Shown piece by piece: positions 36,508 through 45,365 of a DNA stretch of 64,000 bases. The DNA comes from an uncultured Bacteroidaceae bacterium (GTDB lineage: Bacteria; Bacteroidota; Bacteroidia; Bacteroidales; SM23-62). Where the stretch lies: positions 5,287-69,286 of the forward strand of contig CAZILN010000275.1 in assembly GCA_964540005.1 (NCBI GenBank), written 5' to 3'. The notes beneath the pieces were generated by a model. That model was given only the letters and a program-made list of their open reading frames with translations, was not told where the DNA came from and did not search any database. Every line of letters begins with the position of its first letter. Position 1 is the first letter of the stretch. The translations under genes and the position numbers were made by a program.

Positions 36508-37875
36508 CTATTTCGGGAAAGCCATTGTAAAAACAGTCTTTATCCTCGGTTCGCTTTCTGCAGTGAGATAGCCCCCGTGGAGATTCATGATCTGCCTCGA
36601 GAGGGACAAGCCTATACCCATTCCGTCCTGCCTGGTAGTAAAGAAAGGCAGAAAAATATCCTGGATCATTTCATGCTCTATCCCGATCCCGTTATCCTCT
36701 ACCAGAATATTCACATAATAAATTGCCTCGTTTACAGAAAGCCTGATCATAGGATCCTTGCTCTTCTGAACTGCAAATATGCTGTTTTTTATAAGGTTGA
36801 TAAGGACCTGCTCCACCAGTGAAGGATCTGCATGGATATGCAGGCTGTTGTCCGGTTTGACATTGGTGATCTGTATCCCTTTTTCTTTTAGTTCGTTCCT
36901 GAAAAGTCCGGTCATTCTACTCAGCAGTACAACAGGATTGATCATTTCTTTAACCGGCGGGGGAATTTTTGTTAGTTGCCTGTATTTTTCAACAAACTGG
37001 TATAAGTGTTCACTCCTTTCATGGACAGTTTGAATGCTGCTGTGCATATCTTCCACGTCCTGCTGGCTGAATTCGGAGGGTTTTTTTGCCTGTCCCATCT
37101 GGTTCTCCAGCAGCATAACTATGGTTTCTGTCATGGAGGTAATGGGTGTGACTGAATTCCTGATCTCGTGCCTCAGGACCTGTATGAGTTTGTGCCAAGC
37201 TTCGATTTCTTTCTGTTCAAGCTCGCTTCGAATGTCCTGAATAGTAATGATTTTAAAACTGGACCCCATAATAACCACAGAGCTGACATTTATGGATAAT
37301 TGCCTGGGTTCGGTATTGACACTTACTTCAAGTAATTTATTGCCCTTTCCTTTAATCCCATCGATTTCTGGTACAAGATTATTATTATTTGATTGTAACT
37401 CGGACCATCGTTTCTGGTCTTTTATTCCTAACAATTCCCTGGCCGTCTGGTTGATCAGTTCGATTTCATCCTCATCTTTAATGGCAATAATCCCGGTTCT
37501 GATATGTCCGATTATCATTTGCAGGTATTTCAGTTGCGCTTCTTTCTCCAACCTGGCCCTGTCCAGATCTGAGATCACTTTATTCAGCGATCTGTAAAGA
37601 TTTTTGAAGGGAGTCCCTACCGATTTTTCATCGAACTTTTCAGAAAGATCATTATAACTTATATTACTAACAAACCTTGCAATTTCCTTATTGCTCCTGT
37701 TAATGAATTTGATCAGGTCAAGTACCTGAAATATCAGAATAAGGGACAGAATGATTGGCAGGAAGAGCAGATCGCGGTTCCCTATCAAAACGTATACACT
37801 CCCTGTCAGGAATACATTAAACAGCAGTAGAATGGTCCTGATTATTAACCAGAAATAATAATATTTAGAGGCCAT
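36508..37875 (-). CDS. Sensor histidine kinase (NtrB/AtoS-like: 2 TM, PAS-like, HisKA, HATPase_c)
   Basis: H-box LRHEIRNSVTPI, N-box INLIKNS, G-boxes EDNGIGI and GMGIGLSLS. The start is set at ATG 37875 (MASKYYYF), overlapping the regulator stop. Confidence 0.85.
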   Translation of the reverse strand: MASKYYYFWLIIRTILLLFNVFLTGSVYVLIGNRDLLFLPIILSLILIFQVLDLIKFINRSNKEIARFVSNISYNDLSEKFDEKSVGTPFKNLYRSLNKVISDLDRARLEKEAQLKYLQMIIGHIRTGIIAIKDEDEIELINQTARELLGIKDQKRWSELQSNNNNLVPEIDGIKGKGNKLLEVSVNTEPRQLSINVSSVVIMGSSFKIITIQDIRSELEQKEIEAWHKLIQVLRHEIRNSVTPITSMTETIVMLLENQMGQAKKPSEFSQQDVEDMHSSIQTVHERSEHLYQFVEKYRQLTKIPPPVKEMINPVVLLSRMTGLFRNELKEKGIQITNVKPDNSLHIHADPSLVEQVLINLIKNSIFAVQKSKDPMIRLSVNEAIYYVNILVEDNGIGIEHEMIQDIFLPFFTTRQDGMGIGLSLSRQIMNLHGGYLTAESEPRIKTVFTMAFPK

Positions 37876-39235
37876 ATTTTTTAATTCTGCGATGCAGGGC
37901 TGTCCGGGAAATCCCCAGGTCGGACGCTGCACGGGTAATGTTTCCCCGGTTCTTGTCTATTATTCTGCGAATATGCATTTTCTCCAGATCATCAAGCCGT
38001 GAATTTCCTTCTGTCTCAAGTTTTACTCCTGCTACTATGCCGGGCATTATGTCTGCATAACTTAATAGCTTGCGGTCATTCAGTATCACGGCCCTTTCCA
38101 CCGTATGCTGCAGCTCCCGTATATTACCTGGCCAATCATGTTTCTTCAGTTTTTCAATGGTTTTGGGATTGACCCTCAGTCCAGGCTTATGGTATTTTTT
38201 AATATAAAGCTCAAAAAAATGCCTGAATAACAGGGGAATATCTTCTGTTCTTTCCCTGAGTGGAGGTGCGGTTATTTCAACAGTATTTATCCTGTACAGA
38301 AGGTCTTCACGGAATTCCAGTTTCACTGCCAGATCATGCAGTGCCCTGTTTGTGGCACAAATCAATCTGAAATCCACCGGGATTTCTTTTGATGATCCCA
38401 CCCTGATCACGGTTTTGTTCTGAAGCACCGTAAGCAGCTTGGATTGTAGAGTGGGAGAAAGGTTGCCGATTTCATCAAGAAAAATGGTTCCGCCGCTGGC
38501 CAGTTCGAAGCGGCCGGGTTTGTCCTCTTTTGCATCAGTGAACGATCCTTTCATATGACCGAATAATTCACTTTCAAACAGGTTCTCGGAAATGGATCCA
38601 AGATCCACAGATATGAAAACATCATCTTTCCTGTTGGAGAAGCTATGAATTTTCCGGGCAATCAATTCCTTTCCTGTCCCGTTTTCACCCATGATTAGAA
38701 CATTGGCATCGGTCCTGGCTACTTTTTCAGCGACCAGAAGACAGTTTCTAATTCCCTGGGAACGTCCAATGATTTCCTGCTGCCTGCCGGAATCCTGAAA
38801 AAACTGCTGCTGTGTGATCCTGAGTTTGTTAACCTCCATCCTTGAATTCCTCAATTGAAGACAGGAATTTATGGTTGCCAGCAATTTTTGATTCTTCCAT
38901 GGTTTTAGAACAAAATCCACTGCCCCTGCTTTGATTGCCTTTACAGCAAGGTCAACATCACCGAAGGCTGTTATCATTACAACGATAGCCGTTTTGTCAA
39001 CTTTTAATATATGATCCAGCCAGTAGATACCTTCTTCTCCGTCACGTTTTCCTTTCTGGAAATTCATATCCAGCAGGATGAGGTCATAACTTTCCTGGCG
39101 GATCTTCTGGATCACATTCTCAGGTACCTGTTCAATATGGACCTGGGTGTAAAATCTTTTGAGTAATACAAGTGCGGACTTGAGAACATCATAGTCATCA
39201 TCTATTATGAGTATCCTCGATGATATTTTATCCAT
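37865..39235 (-). CDS. Sigma-54-dependent Fis-family response regulator (NtrC-like)
   Basis: Receiver domain (ILIIDDD...DLILLDMNF), AAA+ domain with GENGTGKE, ESELFGH..GSFTDA, and a C-terminal Fis-type HTH (GNITRAASDLGISRTALHRRIKKY). The start is set at ATG 39235 (MDKISSRILIIDDD). Confidence 0.9.
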   Translation of the reverse strand: MDKISSRILIIDDDYDVLKSALVLLKRFYTQVHIEQVPENVIQKIRQESYDLILLDMNFQKGKRDGEEGIYWLDHILKVDKTAIVVMITAFGDVDLAVKAIKAGAVDFVLKPWKNQKLLATINSCLQLRNSRMEVNKLRITQQQFFQDSGRQQEIIGRSQGIRNCLLVAEKVARTDANVLIMGENGTGKELIARKIHSFSNRKDDVFISVDLGSISENLFESELFGHMKGSFTDAKEDKPGRFELASGGTIFLDEIGNLSPTLQSKLLTVLQNKTVIRVGSSKEIPVDFRLICATNRALHDLAVKLEFREDLLYRINTVEITAPPLRERTEDIPLLFRHFFELYIKKYHKPGLRVNPKTIEKLKKHDWPGNIRELQHTVERAVILNDRKLLSYADIMPGIVAGVKLETEGNSRLDDLEKMHIRRIIDKNRGNITRAASDLGISRTALHRRIKKYGL

Positions 39236-39388
39236 AAGACTTACTCCTTCAAGTGCGTCAGATTCAATGCAAGGTAGAAAAATAGTAGCTAAATCACACA
39301 CTAAGTGTATCAAAAACGCACACATCTTGCCAAAACCTTCAAGGGATAAATAGTGATAGCTGATTGAAAATTAGCGATTTAATAAGGA

Positions 39389-39404
39389 TGGCACTGGCTT
39401 TGAC
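39389..39404 (+). promoter_or_regulatory. Candidate sigma-54 (-24/-12) promoter TGGCAC-N5-TTGAC upstream of the FtsX-type permease
   Basis: tggcactggctttgac ends 26 nt before ATG 39431. The -24 element is perfect. The -12 element has GA instead of the conserved GC. It is divergent from the sigma-54 activator operon. Confidence 0.35.
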
Positions 39405-39430
39405 TATATATTACTAAATTAGTAACCATC

Positions 39431-41818
39431 ATGCTTAAACATAATTTAAGAACAGCCCTCAGGCATCTTGTCCGAAATAAAGGTTTAACGGTAATAAACA
39501 TCCTGGGACTGTCAATAGGGATATGCGTGTTCATACTTATCATGCATTATGTAAGGAACGAACTGAGTTATGACAAGTTCAACAGCAAGCAGGAAACCGT
39601 CGGAAGGATAGAGTTTACCCATACAAATTCACAAAGTGCATGGACTACCTCAGCAATGGGCTATGACCTGGTTGAGACCGTTCCGGAAGCTACAGCCTTT
39701 GTCAGGGTTGCTGTATGGGGTGATATGTTCATGGAGTATGAGGAGATAAAATATAAAATTCCATCTTTTGCCTGGGCTGACAGCAATATTTTTGATTTGT
39801 TTGATCTTGAAATGATACAGGGGGATCCATCCACTGCCCTGCGGGAACCATACCAGGTTGTTCTGACAGAAACCACTGCTAAGAGGGTATTCGGGGAGAA
39901 GGATCCTGTAGGAGAGGTATTAATATCCTCCGGTGGAAATGATATGATTATTACAGGTGTGATTAAGGATCCACCAAATTTTCACCTGCAGTTTGATATG
40001 ATTCTCTCCTTCGTAACACAGGGAGCATTGTACGGTGAAGAACATTTATATACGTATAAGACTTACCAGTATAATACATATGTAGAGATTGCAGAACACG
40101 CCGATCCTGATTCCGTTAATAAGAAAGTAGATGCATTTTTCCATAAAAAGTTTCTTGAATTATATGGTGACCCGGACGAGGATGAGAGTGCATGGTCTGC
40201 CTCTCTTCGGCCCTTGAAAGATATTTATTTTGCCAGGCATGTAAGGGATTCGGGAACCAGGCATGGCAACAGGCAATTTGTCTACATTTTTATAATTATA
40301 GCAGTTTTCATCATCCTGATAGCCTGTATTAATTTCGTCAATATTTCTACTGCCAGAGCCTCCCGGCGTGCGATGGAGGTTGGAATAAAAAAGGTTGCAG
40401 GATCTGACCGGAGCAGGTTGGTTATACAGTTCCTGTCCGAATCTGTACTGATCACATTTCTTGCCACCCTCCTGGGCCTGCTGATGGTGGAAGCAGTCTT
40501 TCCCGAATTTGAAAATCTCGTGGGAACAGACCTGCGGATCGCATACCTTGAAAAACCTGTTACCCTTTTACTGATTTTATCAGGGATCATCGGCCTGGGG
40601 GTGCTGGCCGGACTCTATCCTGCTTTTTATCTGACAGTTTTTAAGCCTGTAAGTGTTTTGAAGGGTGAAATGACAAGGGGAAGATCGGCACGGACAATGC
40701 GTAAAATACTTATAATATTCCAGTTTGCAATTTCGGTGATACTGATAATAGGTACCATAATTGTATACCGGCAGCTGAACTATCTAGGCAAAAAGGATCT
40801 GGGTTTTAAGAAAGAATTTGTCGTCACTGCCGGTTTGAACAATGAGATCCTGCAGAAGGGGGAGATTTTCAAGGAAAACCTGCTGAACTATCCTCAGATC
40901 GAAAAGGTATCCTATTCATATACTGTTCCCGGTGCCGGGGATAATTATGAGAGCTACACTCTGGATGGGATAGATGTGAATCCGGTGGTTTATACCGTTG
41001 ATCCCGATTACATTGATCTGATGGGAATAGAACTGCTTGAAGGACGGAATTTTTCCTGGGACCTGGAGACCGATAAGCAGAGTGCCTGCCTGATCAATGA
41101 GACCCTGGCCAAAGAACTGGATATGGACAGCCTGGTCGGTAAATCCTTTGATCATCCTTCGTGGTATATCACAGCATTTCCCGTAACCAAAATAAATATA
41201 ATCGGTATAGTCAAGGATTTCCATTATAAATCCTTACGACAGGTTATTGGTCCGCTTATGTTCGGATGGGGCGATGGTTGGGTTAATTTTATTAATATCA
41301 GGATAAAGCCTGACAACATTTCTGAAGCCCTGGCTGCCATTGAGAAGGAGTGGAAAGAAATCAGTCCGCAGTATCCCTTTGAGTATTCATTTATGGACGA
41401 AAATTTTGACAGGATGTACCGAACGGATCAGAAACTGGGAAAGATCTTCCGCTATTTTGCTGCCCTGGCAATCTTTATTGCCATCCTTGGATTATTCGGT
41501 CTGGCAGCATTTATTGCAGAGCAGAGGACCAAAGAAATAGGCATCCGCAAGGCGATGGGAGCTACTATCTCAGGAGTTTCAGTATTACTGGTAAAAGAAT
41601 TCACATGGCTCATCCTTGCCTCAAGTGTCATCGCCTGGATACTTGCCTGGTTATGGGCAAAGAACTGGTTACAGGAATTTGCCTACCGCATGGAGCTGAA
41701 CATATGGATCTTTATTGCGGCCACCCTGCTTGCCCTTGTGATAGCCTGGATAACAGTCATTTCCCAGACTATTAAGGCGGCCAATACAAACCCGGCAGAT
41801 TCCCTCAGGTATGAATAG
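39431..41818 (+). CDS. ABC transporter permease, double FtsX/MacB-type (about 800 aa Bacteroidota paralog family)
   Basis: N-terminal LRHLVRNKGLTVINILGLSIG, two MacB-like periplasmic domains and two FtsX blocks (GIKKVAGS.. and GIRKAMGAT..), C-terminal NPADSLRYE. Confidence 0.85.
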   Translation: MLKHNLRTALRHLVRNKGLTVINILGLSIGICVFILIMHYVRNELSYDKFNSKQETVGRIEFTHTNSQSAWTTSAMGYDLVETVPEATAFVRVAVWGDMFMEYEEIKYKIPSFAWADSNIFDLFDLEMIQGDPSTALREPYQVVLTETTAKRVFGEKDPVGEVLISSGGNDMIITGVIKDPPNFHLQFDMILSFVTQGALYGEEHLYTYKTYQYNTYVEIAEHADPDSVNKKVDAFFHKKFLELYGDPDEDESAWSASLRPLKDIYFARHVRDSGTRHGNRQFVYIFIIIAVFIILIACINFVNISTARASRRAMEVGIKKVAGSDRSRLVIQFLSESVLITFLATLLGLLMVEAVFPEFENLVGTDLRIAYLEKPVTLLLILSGIIGLGVLAGLYPAFYLTVFKPVSVLKGEMTRGRSARTMRKILIIFQFAISVILIIGTIIVYRQLNYLGKKDLGFKKEFVVTAGLNNEILQKGEIFKENLLNYPQIEKVSYSYTVPGAGDNYESYTLDGIDVNPVVYTVDPDYIDLMGIELLEGRNFSWDLETDKQSACLINETLAKELDMDSLVGKSFDHPSWYITAFPVTKINIIGIVKDFHYKSLRQVIGPLMFGWGDGWVNFINIRIKPDNISEALAAIEKEWKEISPQYPFEYSFMDENFDRMYRTDQKLGKIFRYFAALAIFIAILGLFGLAAFIAEQRTKEIGIRKAMGATISGVSVLLVKEFTWLILASSVIAWILAWLWAKNWLQEFAYRMELNIWIFIAATLLALVIAWITVISQTIKAANTNPADSLRYE

Positions 41819-41950
41819 CTAACTATGGATCACCGGCTTGGTGCCTGCAAATACATAATACCGGCGCCTGAATTTCTCCGGAATATATTTGGCCTGCACC
41901 CCATTACCGCATTCGATCTCAAGGATAGATTTTTTCTCCAGCTGATCCAT
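41819..41950 (-). pseudogene. Possible 43-codon N-terminal fragment of a SAM-dependent methyltransferase
   Basis: MDQLEKKSILEIECGNGVQAKYIPEKF... resembles methyltransferase motif I (ILE.GCGNG). It stops after 43 codons and abuts the permease stop. It is too short to be sure. Confidence 0.2.
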
Positions 41951-42066
41951 ATATTTTAAACAATAATCTGTCAGGTTTTTTCCAGTTAAAAAATGTTAAA
42001 CAGTGCATCCTGGCATGTTCTTTGGATCTGAACAGGTATCAAACTACGCCCTGAAATCATTAACAC

Positions 42067-43659
42067 ATGAAACGTAACAAAATCTTAAAAAAAAAATTCG
42101 GCTTGCTGATAATCCTTACTGGCCTGTTCATCCTGACGGCCAATACTGCAAACCCTGAATATATTGAAGGCCTGAATGTCGCTGAAGACAAAGATGACTC
42201 CCTGGAGGTAGCCAGCATGGAATTACTAAAGGTCTACCAATCTCTGTATAATGATACAGCTCTAATGCCCTCATCCTCATTCAGGCCGGGACACATAGCC
42301 GAAGCGGAGCTCAGGGATTACCTTGAGAAAACCGATAATGGATATATCGTTCAGCTGCCCGGGAATACTCTTGTCCCATCACCTGTTTACTATAAAGGGA
42401 AAATATACCTGAGCGGGGGCTTCGGGAGTAAACGCTACTATGCACTGGATGCCTGGACCGGTGAGGACCTGGAGGCATGGGACCTGGATGATGACGGACC
42501 CTCTTCCGCGGCAGTGGACCGTGATATCCTGGTATTCAACACTGAATCCTGTACAATTTTTGCTTTAGACCTGAAAACAGGTAAACAGCTCTGGTCGTGG
42601 TGGCTGGGTGATCCCCTTATGTGTATGCCGACCATAGCCAACGGGATGGTATTTACATCCTATCCGGCTTCCGGAATGAATTCCGCTGCTCAGGAGATTC
42701 AGTCCGTGAACAAGATCGAAGGACTGAGTGTTCAAGCATCAGAAAATATACTGCTTGATCTGAGCCACATCCTGGTGGCATTTGACCTGCGGACGGGGAA
42801 GGTCCTATGGCAGAGATGGATAAATGCTGATGTAATGTCGGCTCCTGTGGCACATAGTGATGACTTATTTGTATCATCTTTTGCGGGAACTATATATAAG
42901 TTCCGCCAGCAGACGGGTGAACTGATCTCGGTCAGCCAGGTAAGGGCCACATCTGCCCCGGTGGTAACAAAGGATGGTATCTATGTGAGTAAGCGTGCAG
43001 ACCGGACCGGAGAAGAGGCATCTGAACAACTGGCACGCCTGAGCCAGGATATCAGCAAGGGCAGCAAGATATACAATAAGAAGATCGCGGTGTACCTGGA
43101 TAAAAATGTCCAGGCAGGTTCTCAACTTAAATCCCAGTCCTCGGAGATGGATGCAGGTAACGGATTCTCTGATGGGGCACCTGCAACATCCGGATGGCAA
43201 AAGGCCAATGACATGATAGGGCAATCGAATGTATCATCCCTTCAGTCCTTTCAGGGTTCACGCAGCCTGAACTATAATAACAGGAATTATTCCACTATGG
43301 GAAATGAGCTGATCTGCATGGACCCTGAAACCGGCAGGGAAGAATGGAAGCTCAAACTCGGAGGCGATATGACCCGTGCAGGAGGATTTATGGGTACTCC
43401 TCCGCTGGAAGTAGGGGGCAGGATCATCATTGCTACCTATTCGGGGGATGTGATTATCCTTGATCCGGAAACGGGCGAAACAAAGAAAAAATATTCAACG
43501 GGTGATGAGATCAGGTACCAGCCGATTGTATGGGATGGCTGGATCTACGTAACAACAGCAAACAGTAAGATGCACGCAATAAATACAGGCGATAAAAGCC
43601 TTACCGGGTGGCCCATGTGGGGAGCCGATGCGGCCCGTACCAATGCTTCCGCAGAATAG
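42067..43659 (+). CDS. Secreted PQQ-like (BamB-type) beta-propeller repeat protein
   Basis: Signal/anchor segment; repeated ..G..LW......(S/A)P.V..(G/D)..(I/V)(Y/F)V motifs, e.g. DLKTGKQLWSW, DLRTGKVLWQRW, PETGREEWKLKL, DPETGETKKKY. Confidence 0.7.
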   Translation: MKRNKILKKKFGLLIILTGLFILTANTANPEYIEGLNVAEDKDDSLEVASMELLKVYQSLYNDTALMPSSSFRPGHIAEAELRDYLEKTDNGYIVQLPGNTLVPSPVYYKGKIYLSGGFGSKRYYALDAWTGEDLEAWDLDDDGPSSAAVDRDILVFNTESCTIFALDLKTGKQLWSWWLGDPLMCMPTIANGMVFTSYPASGMNSAAQEIQSVNKIEGLSVQASENILLDLSHILVAFDLRTGKVLWQRWINADVMSAPVAHSDDLFVSSFAGTIYKFRQQTGELISVSQVRATSAPVVTKDGIYVSKRADRTGEEASEQLARLSQDISKGSKIYNKKIAVYLDKNVQAGSQLKSQSSEMDAGNGFSDGAPATSGWQKANDMIGQSNVSSLQSFQGSRSLNYNNRNYSTMGNELICMDPETGREEWKLKLGGDMTRAGGFMGTPPLEVGGRIIIATYSGDVIILDPETGETKKKYSTGDEIRYQPIVWDGWIYVTTANSKMHAINTGDKSLTGWPMWGADAARTNASAE

Positions 43660-43722
43660 GATGCCCGGATCGATGCTTCCATGCAACGAGCTGTCCCCAT
43701 CCGGATAAGCAAGAGCTAACAG

Positions 43723-44436
43723 CTAATATTCATCACTCTCCAGGTCCCTGATATAATCAATTATCTCCCTGTCGGCATCTGTCAGCAGGTCATCCGAATA
43801 ACCCCCGGGTTCATACCAGTCGAACAGGGAAAATAACTCCCTGAGATCCGCCGATTTGAATTCATAGCCATGCCTGGCAAAAATACAGTTCCTTAGTATC
43901 CTCAGCTGTGATTTCGGGAAATCATCCAGCATGGAGAGGCCGGAAATCTCCGAATCAATTTCTTCATAGCTGCGGTAATCCAGCAATTCGAATTCCCCTG
44001 CTGAACTGATCTGGTAATAATCGGCGTACCATCTTTCGGTAATGCTTGGAAGGAAAGCATAGGGATCAGAATAGGAGTGAAGCTGGTCATAGTATTCATC
44101 CATCTCTTCATCAGTATATTCGCCGACAGGCAGGTAATCGCCGCAATTATGATCGTATTCATGGCCGGATACGGCAACCAGGTCATCCTCTTCAAAGCTG
44201 TATTCATGGCTGATGCCGTACTCATTGCAGGCAGCAGCATGCCCGAATTCTTCTACAAATTCAATGGCGTCTATTTTTGTCTCTTCATAATCAAAAGTGG
44301 TCATTTGAATAAGAGCCGGGTAGCTGTTATCATTGGTAATTACAAGGTAAAAATCGCTGTAATTAATTATATCCAGGGTGTCAGGGTCTGAATCGGGTTG
44401 TACCATAAGCGAAAAGAGAAGCAATATGATCTTCAT
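43723..44436 (-). CDS. Secreted acidic protein with C-terminal YARHG domain
   Basis: Signal peptide MKIILLLFSLM; D/E/Y-rich middle; C-terminal LRILRNCIFARHGYEFKSADLRELF..DWY (YARHG-domain signature). The ORF-track start 44463 is the alternative. Confidence 0.7.
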   Translation of the reverse strand: MKIILLLFSLMVQPDSDPDTLDIINYSDFYLVITNDNSYPALIQMTTFDYEETKIDAIEFVEEFGHAAACNEYGISHEYSFEEDDLVAVSGHEYDHNCGDYLPVGEYTDEEMDEYYDQLHSYSDPYAFLPSITERWYADYYQISSAGEFELLDYRSYEEIDSEISGLSMLDDFPKSQLRILRNCIFARHGYEFKSADLRELFSLFDWYEPGGYSDDLLTDADREIIDYIRDLESDEY

Positions 44437-44519
44437 GATGTTAGAGATGAATAATTGAAACAACAGGAAATATGTCTTACCGGAGGTCTAAGTTACAGGA
44501 TTTCAGGATACGAGTCAAA

Positions 44520-45254
44520 TTATTGCTTCTGAGCTACAGTTATGGCAGCAATGCCCCCGAGTAATTTCCTGTGGTCAATGCTTTTAAATCCGGCCTCCCG
44601 GAGTAATTGTACCAGTTCATCCGGAATGTAGAAATTCATGGCCGAGGCAGCCAGGTAAGAGTAAGCCGGGCGGTATCCGGACAGCCATCCCCCCAGTCCG
44701 GCAACAGCCAGCTTCAGGTATGAATGGAAAAACCACCTGATCAGCCGGTTTGCCGGCTGGCTGGTTTCAACGATCACAAATTTTCCTGTATCGCTCAGGG
44801 TCCTGACAATCTCAGAAAGGAATTTGTCCCGGTCCGGATTTTTGTAGCTGAGGTTCCGGAAGGCGAATGCAATACCTATGGCATCGAGCTGAGCATCACC
44901 GAACGGAAGAGCTGCAGCATCACCCTCAATAAATAAGATATGGCTGCTGCCCGACTTCTCTGATTTCTGCATGGCGATCTCCAGCATGGGCCGGCTGTAA
45001 TCAAGTCCTGTAATTTCACCCTCTCCGTTCATCCTCTTTGAAATATGAAGGGCCAGGTCCCCGGTTCCGGTGCAAAGATCAAGAATTTTATCTGTCCGGC
45101 CACTGAGACATTCCCGGGCCGCCATTTTCCGCCACCTCTCGTCAAACCTGAAAGTGAGTATACGGTTCATCAGGTCATACCTGGGTGGGACATCGGTAAA
45201 CATTTTCTGCAGGGGGCGCCTTTTCGGAGCGGATGTATCAGCTGTATCAGTCAT
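44520..45254 (-). CDS. ubiE: Demethylmenaquinone / ubiquinone C-methyltransferase UbiE/MenG
   Basis: F..V...YDLMN..L.F..ERWR, DLCTGTGDLA, C-terminal GGIAAI. Confidence 0.9.
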   Translation of the reverse strand: MTDTADTSAPKRRPLQKMFTDVPPRYDLMNRILTFRFDERWRKMAARECLSGRTDKILDLCTGTGDLALHISKRMNGEGEITGLDYSRPMLEIAMQKSEKSGSSHILFIEGDAAALPFGDAQLDAIGIAFAFRNLSYKNPDRDKFLSEIVRTLSDTGKFVIVETSQPANRLIRWFFHSYLKLAVAGLGGWLSGYRPAYSYLAASAMNFYIPDELVQLLREAGFKSIDHRKLLGGIAAITVAQKQ

Positions 45255-45365
45255 GCCGGATGTTAAAGTCCCAAAAGTAATCTAAATTTGGAAATAGTGG
45301 ACGGGGCAGGGGACAGTCATGTCCTGAAAAAGGTATATCCTTTGCTGCATCCGAGTTCCGGAACA

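Noticed and set aside
37865-39325. N-terminal extensions of several ORFs as given in the ORF track (39325 for the regulator, 37932 for the kinase, 19315 for the C-S lyase, 19243 for rsmA, 26449 for mreD, 54822 for the CBM9 protein)
   Set aside because: The extensions overlap neighbouring genes or promoters and lack homology-like sequence. Internal ATGs give N-termini matching the family consensus (e.g. MDKISSRILIIDDD, MKYNFDE, MSHRHPKKSLGQHFL).
43660-43722. Intrinsic terminators in several convergent gaps (43660-43722, 36450-36507, 24499-24549, 25573-25600)
   Set aside because: I saw only 4-6-bp stems without U-tracts, which is too weak to annotate.
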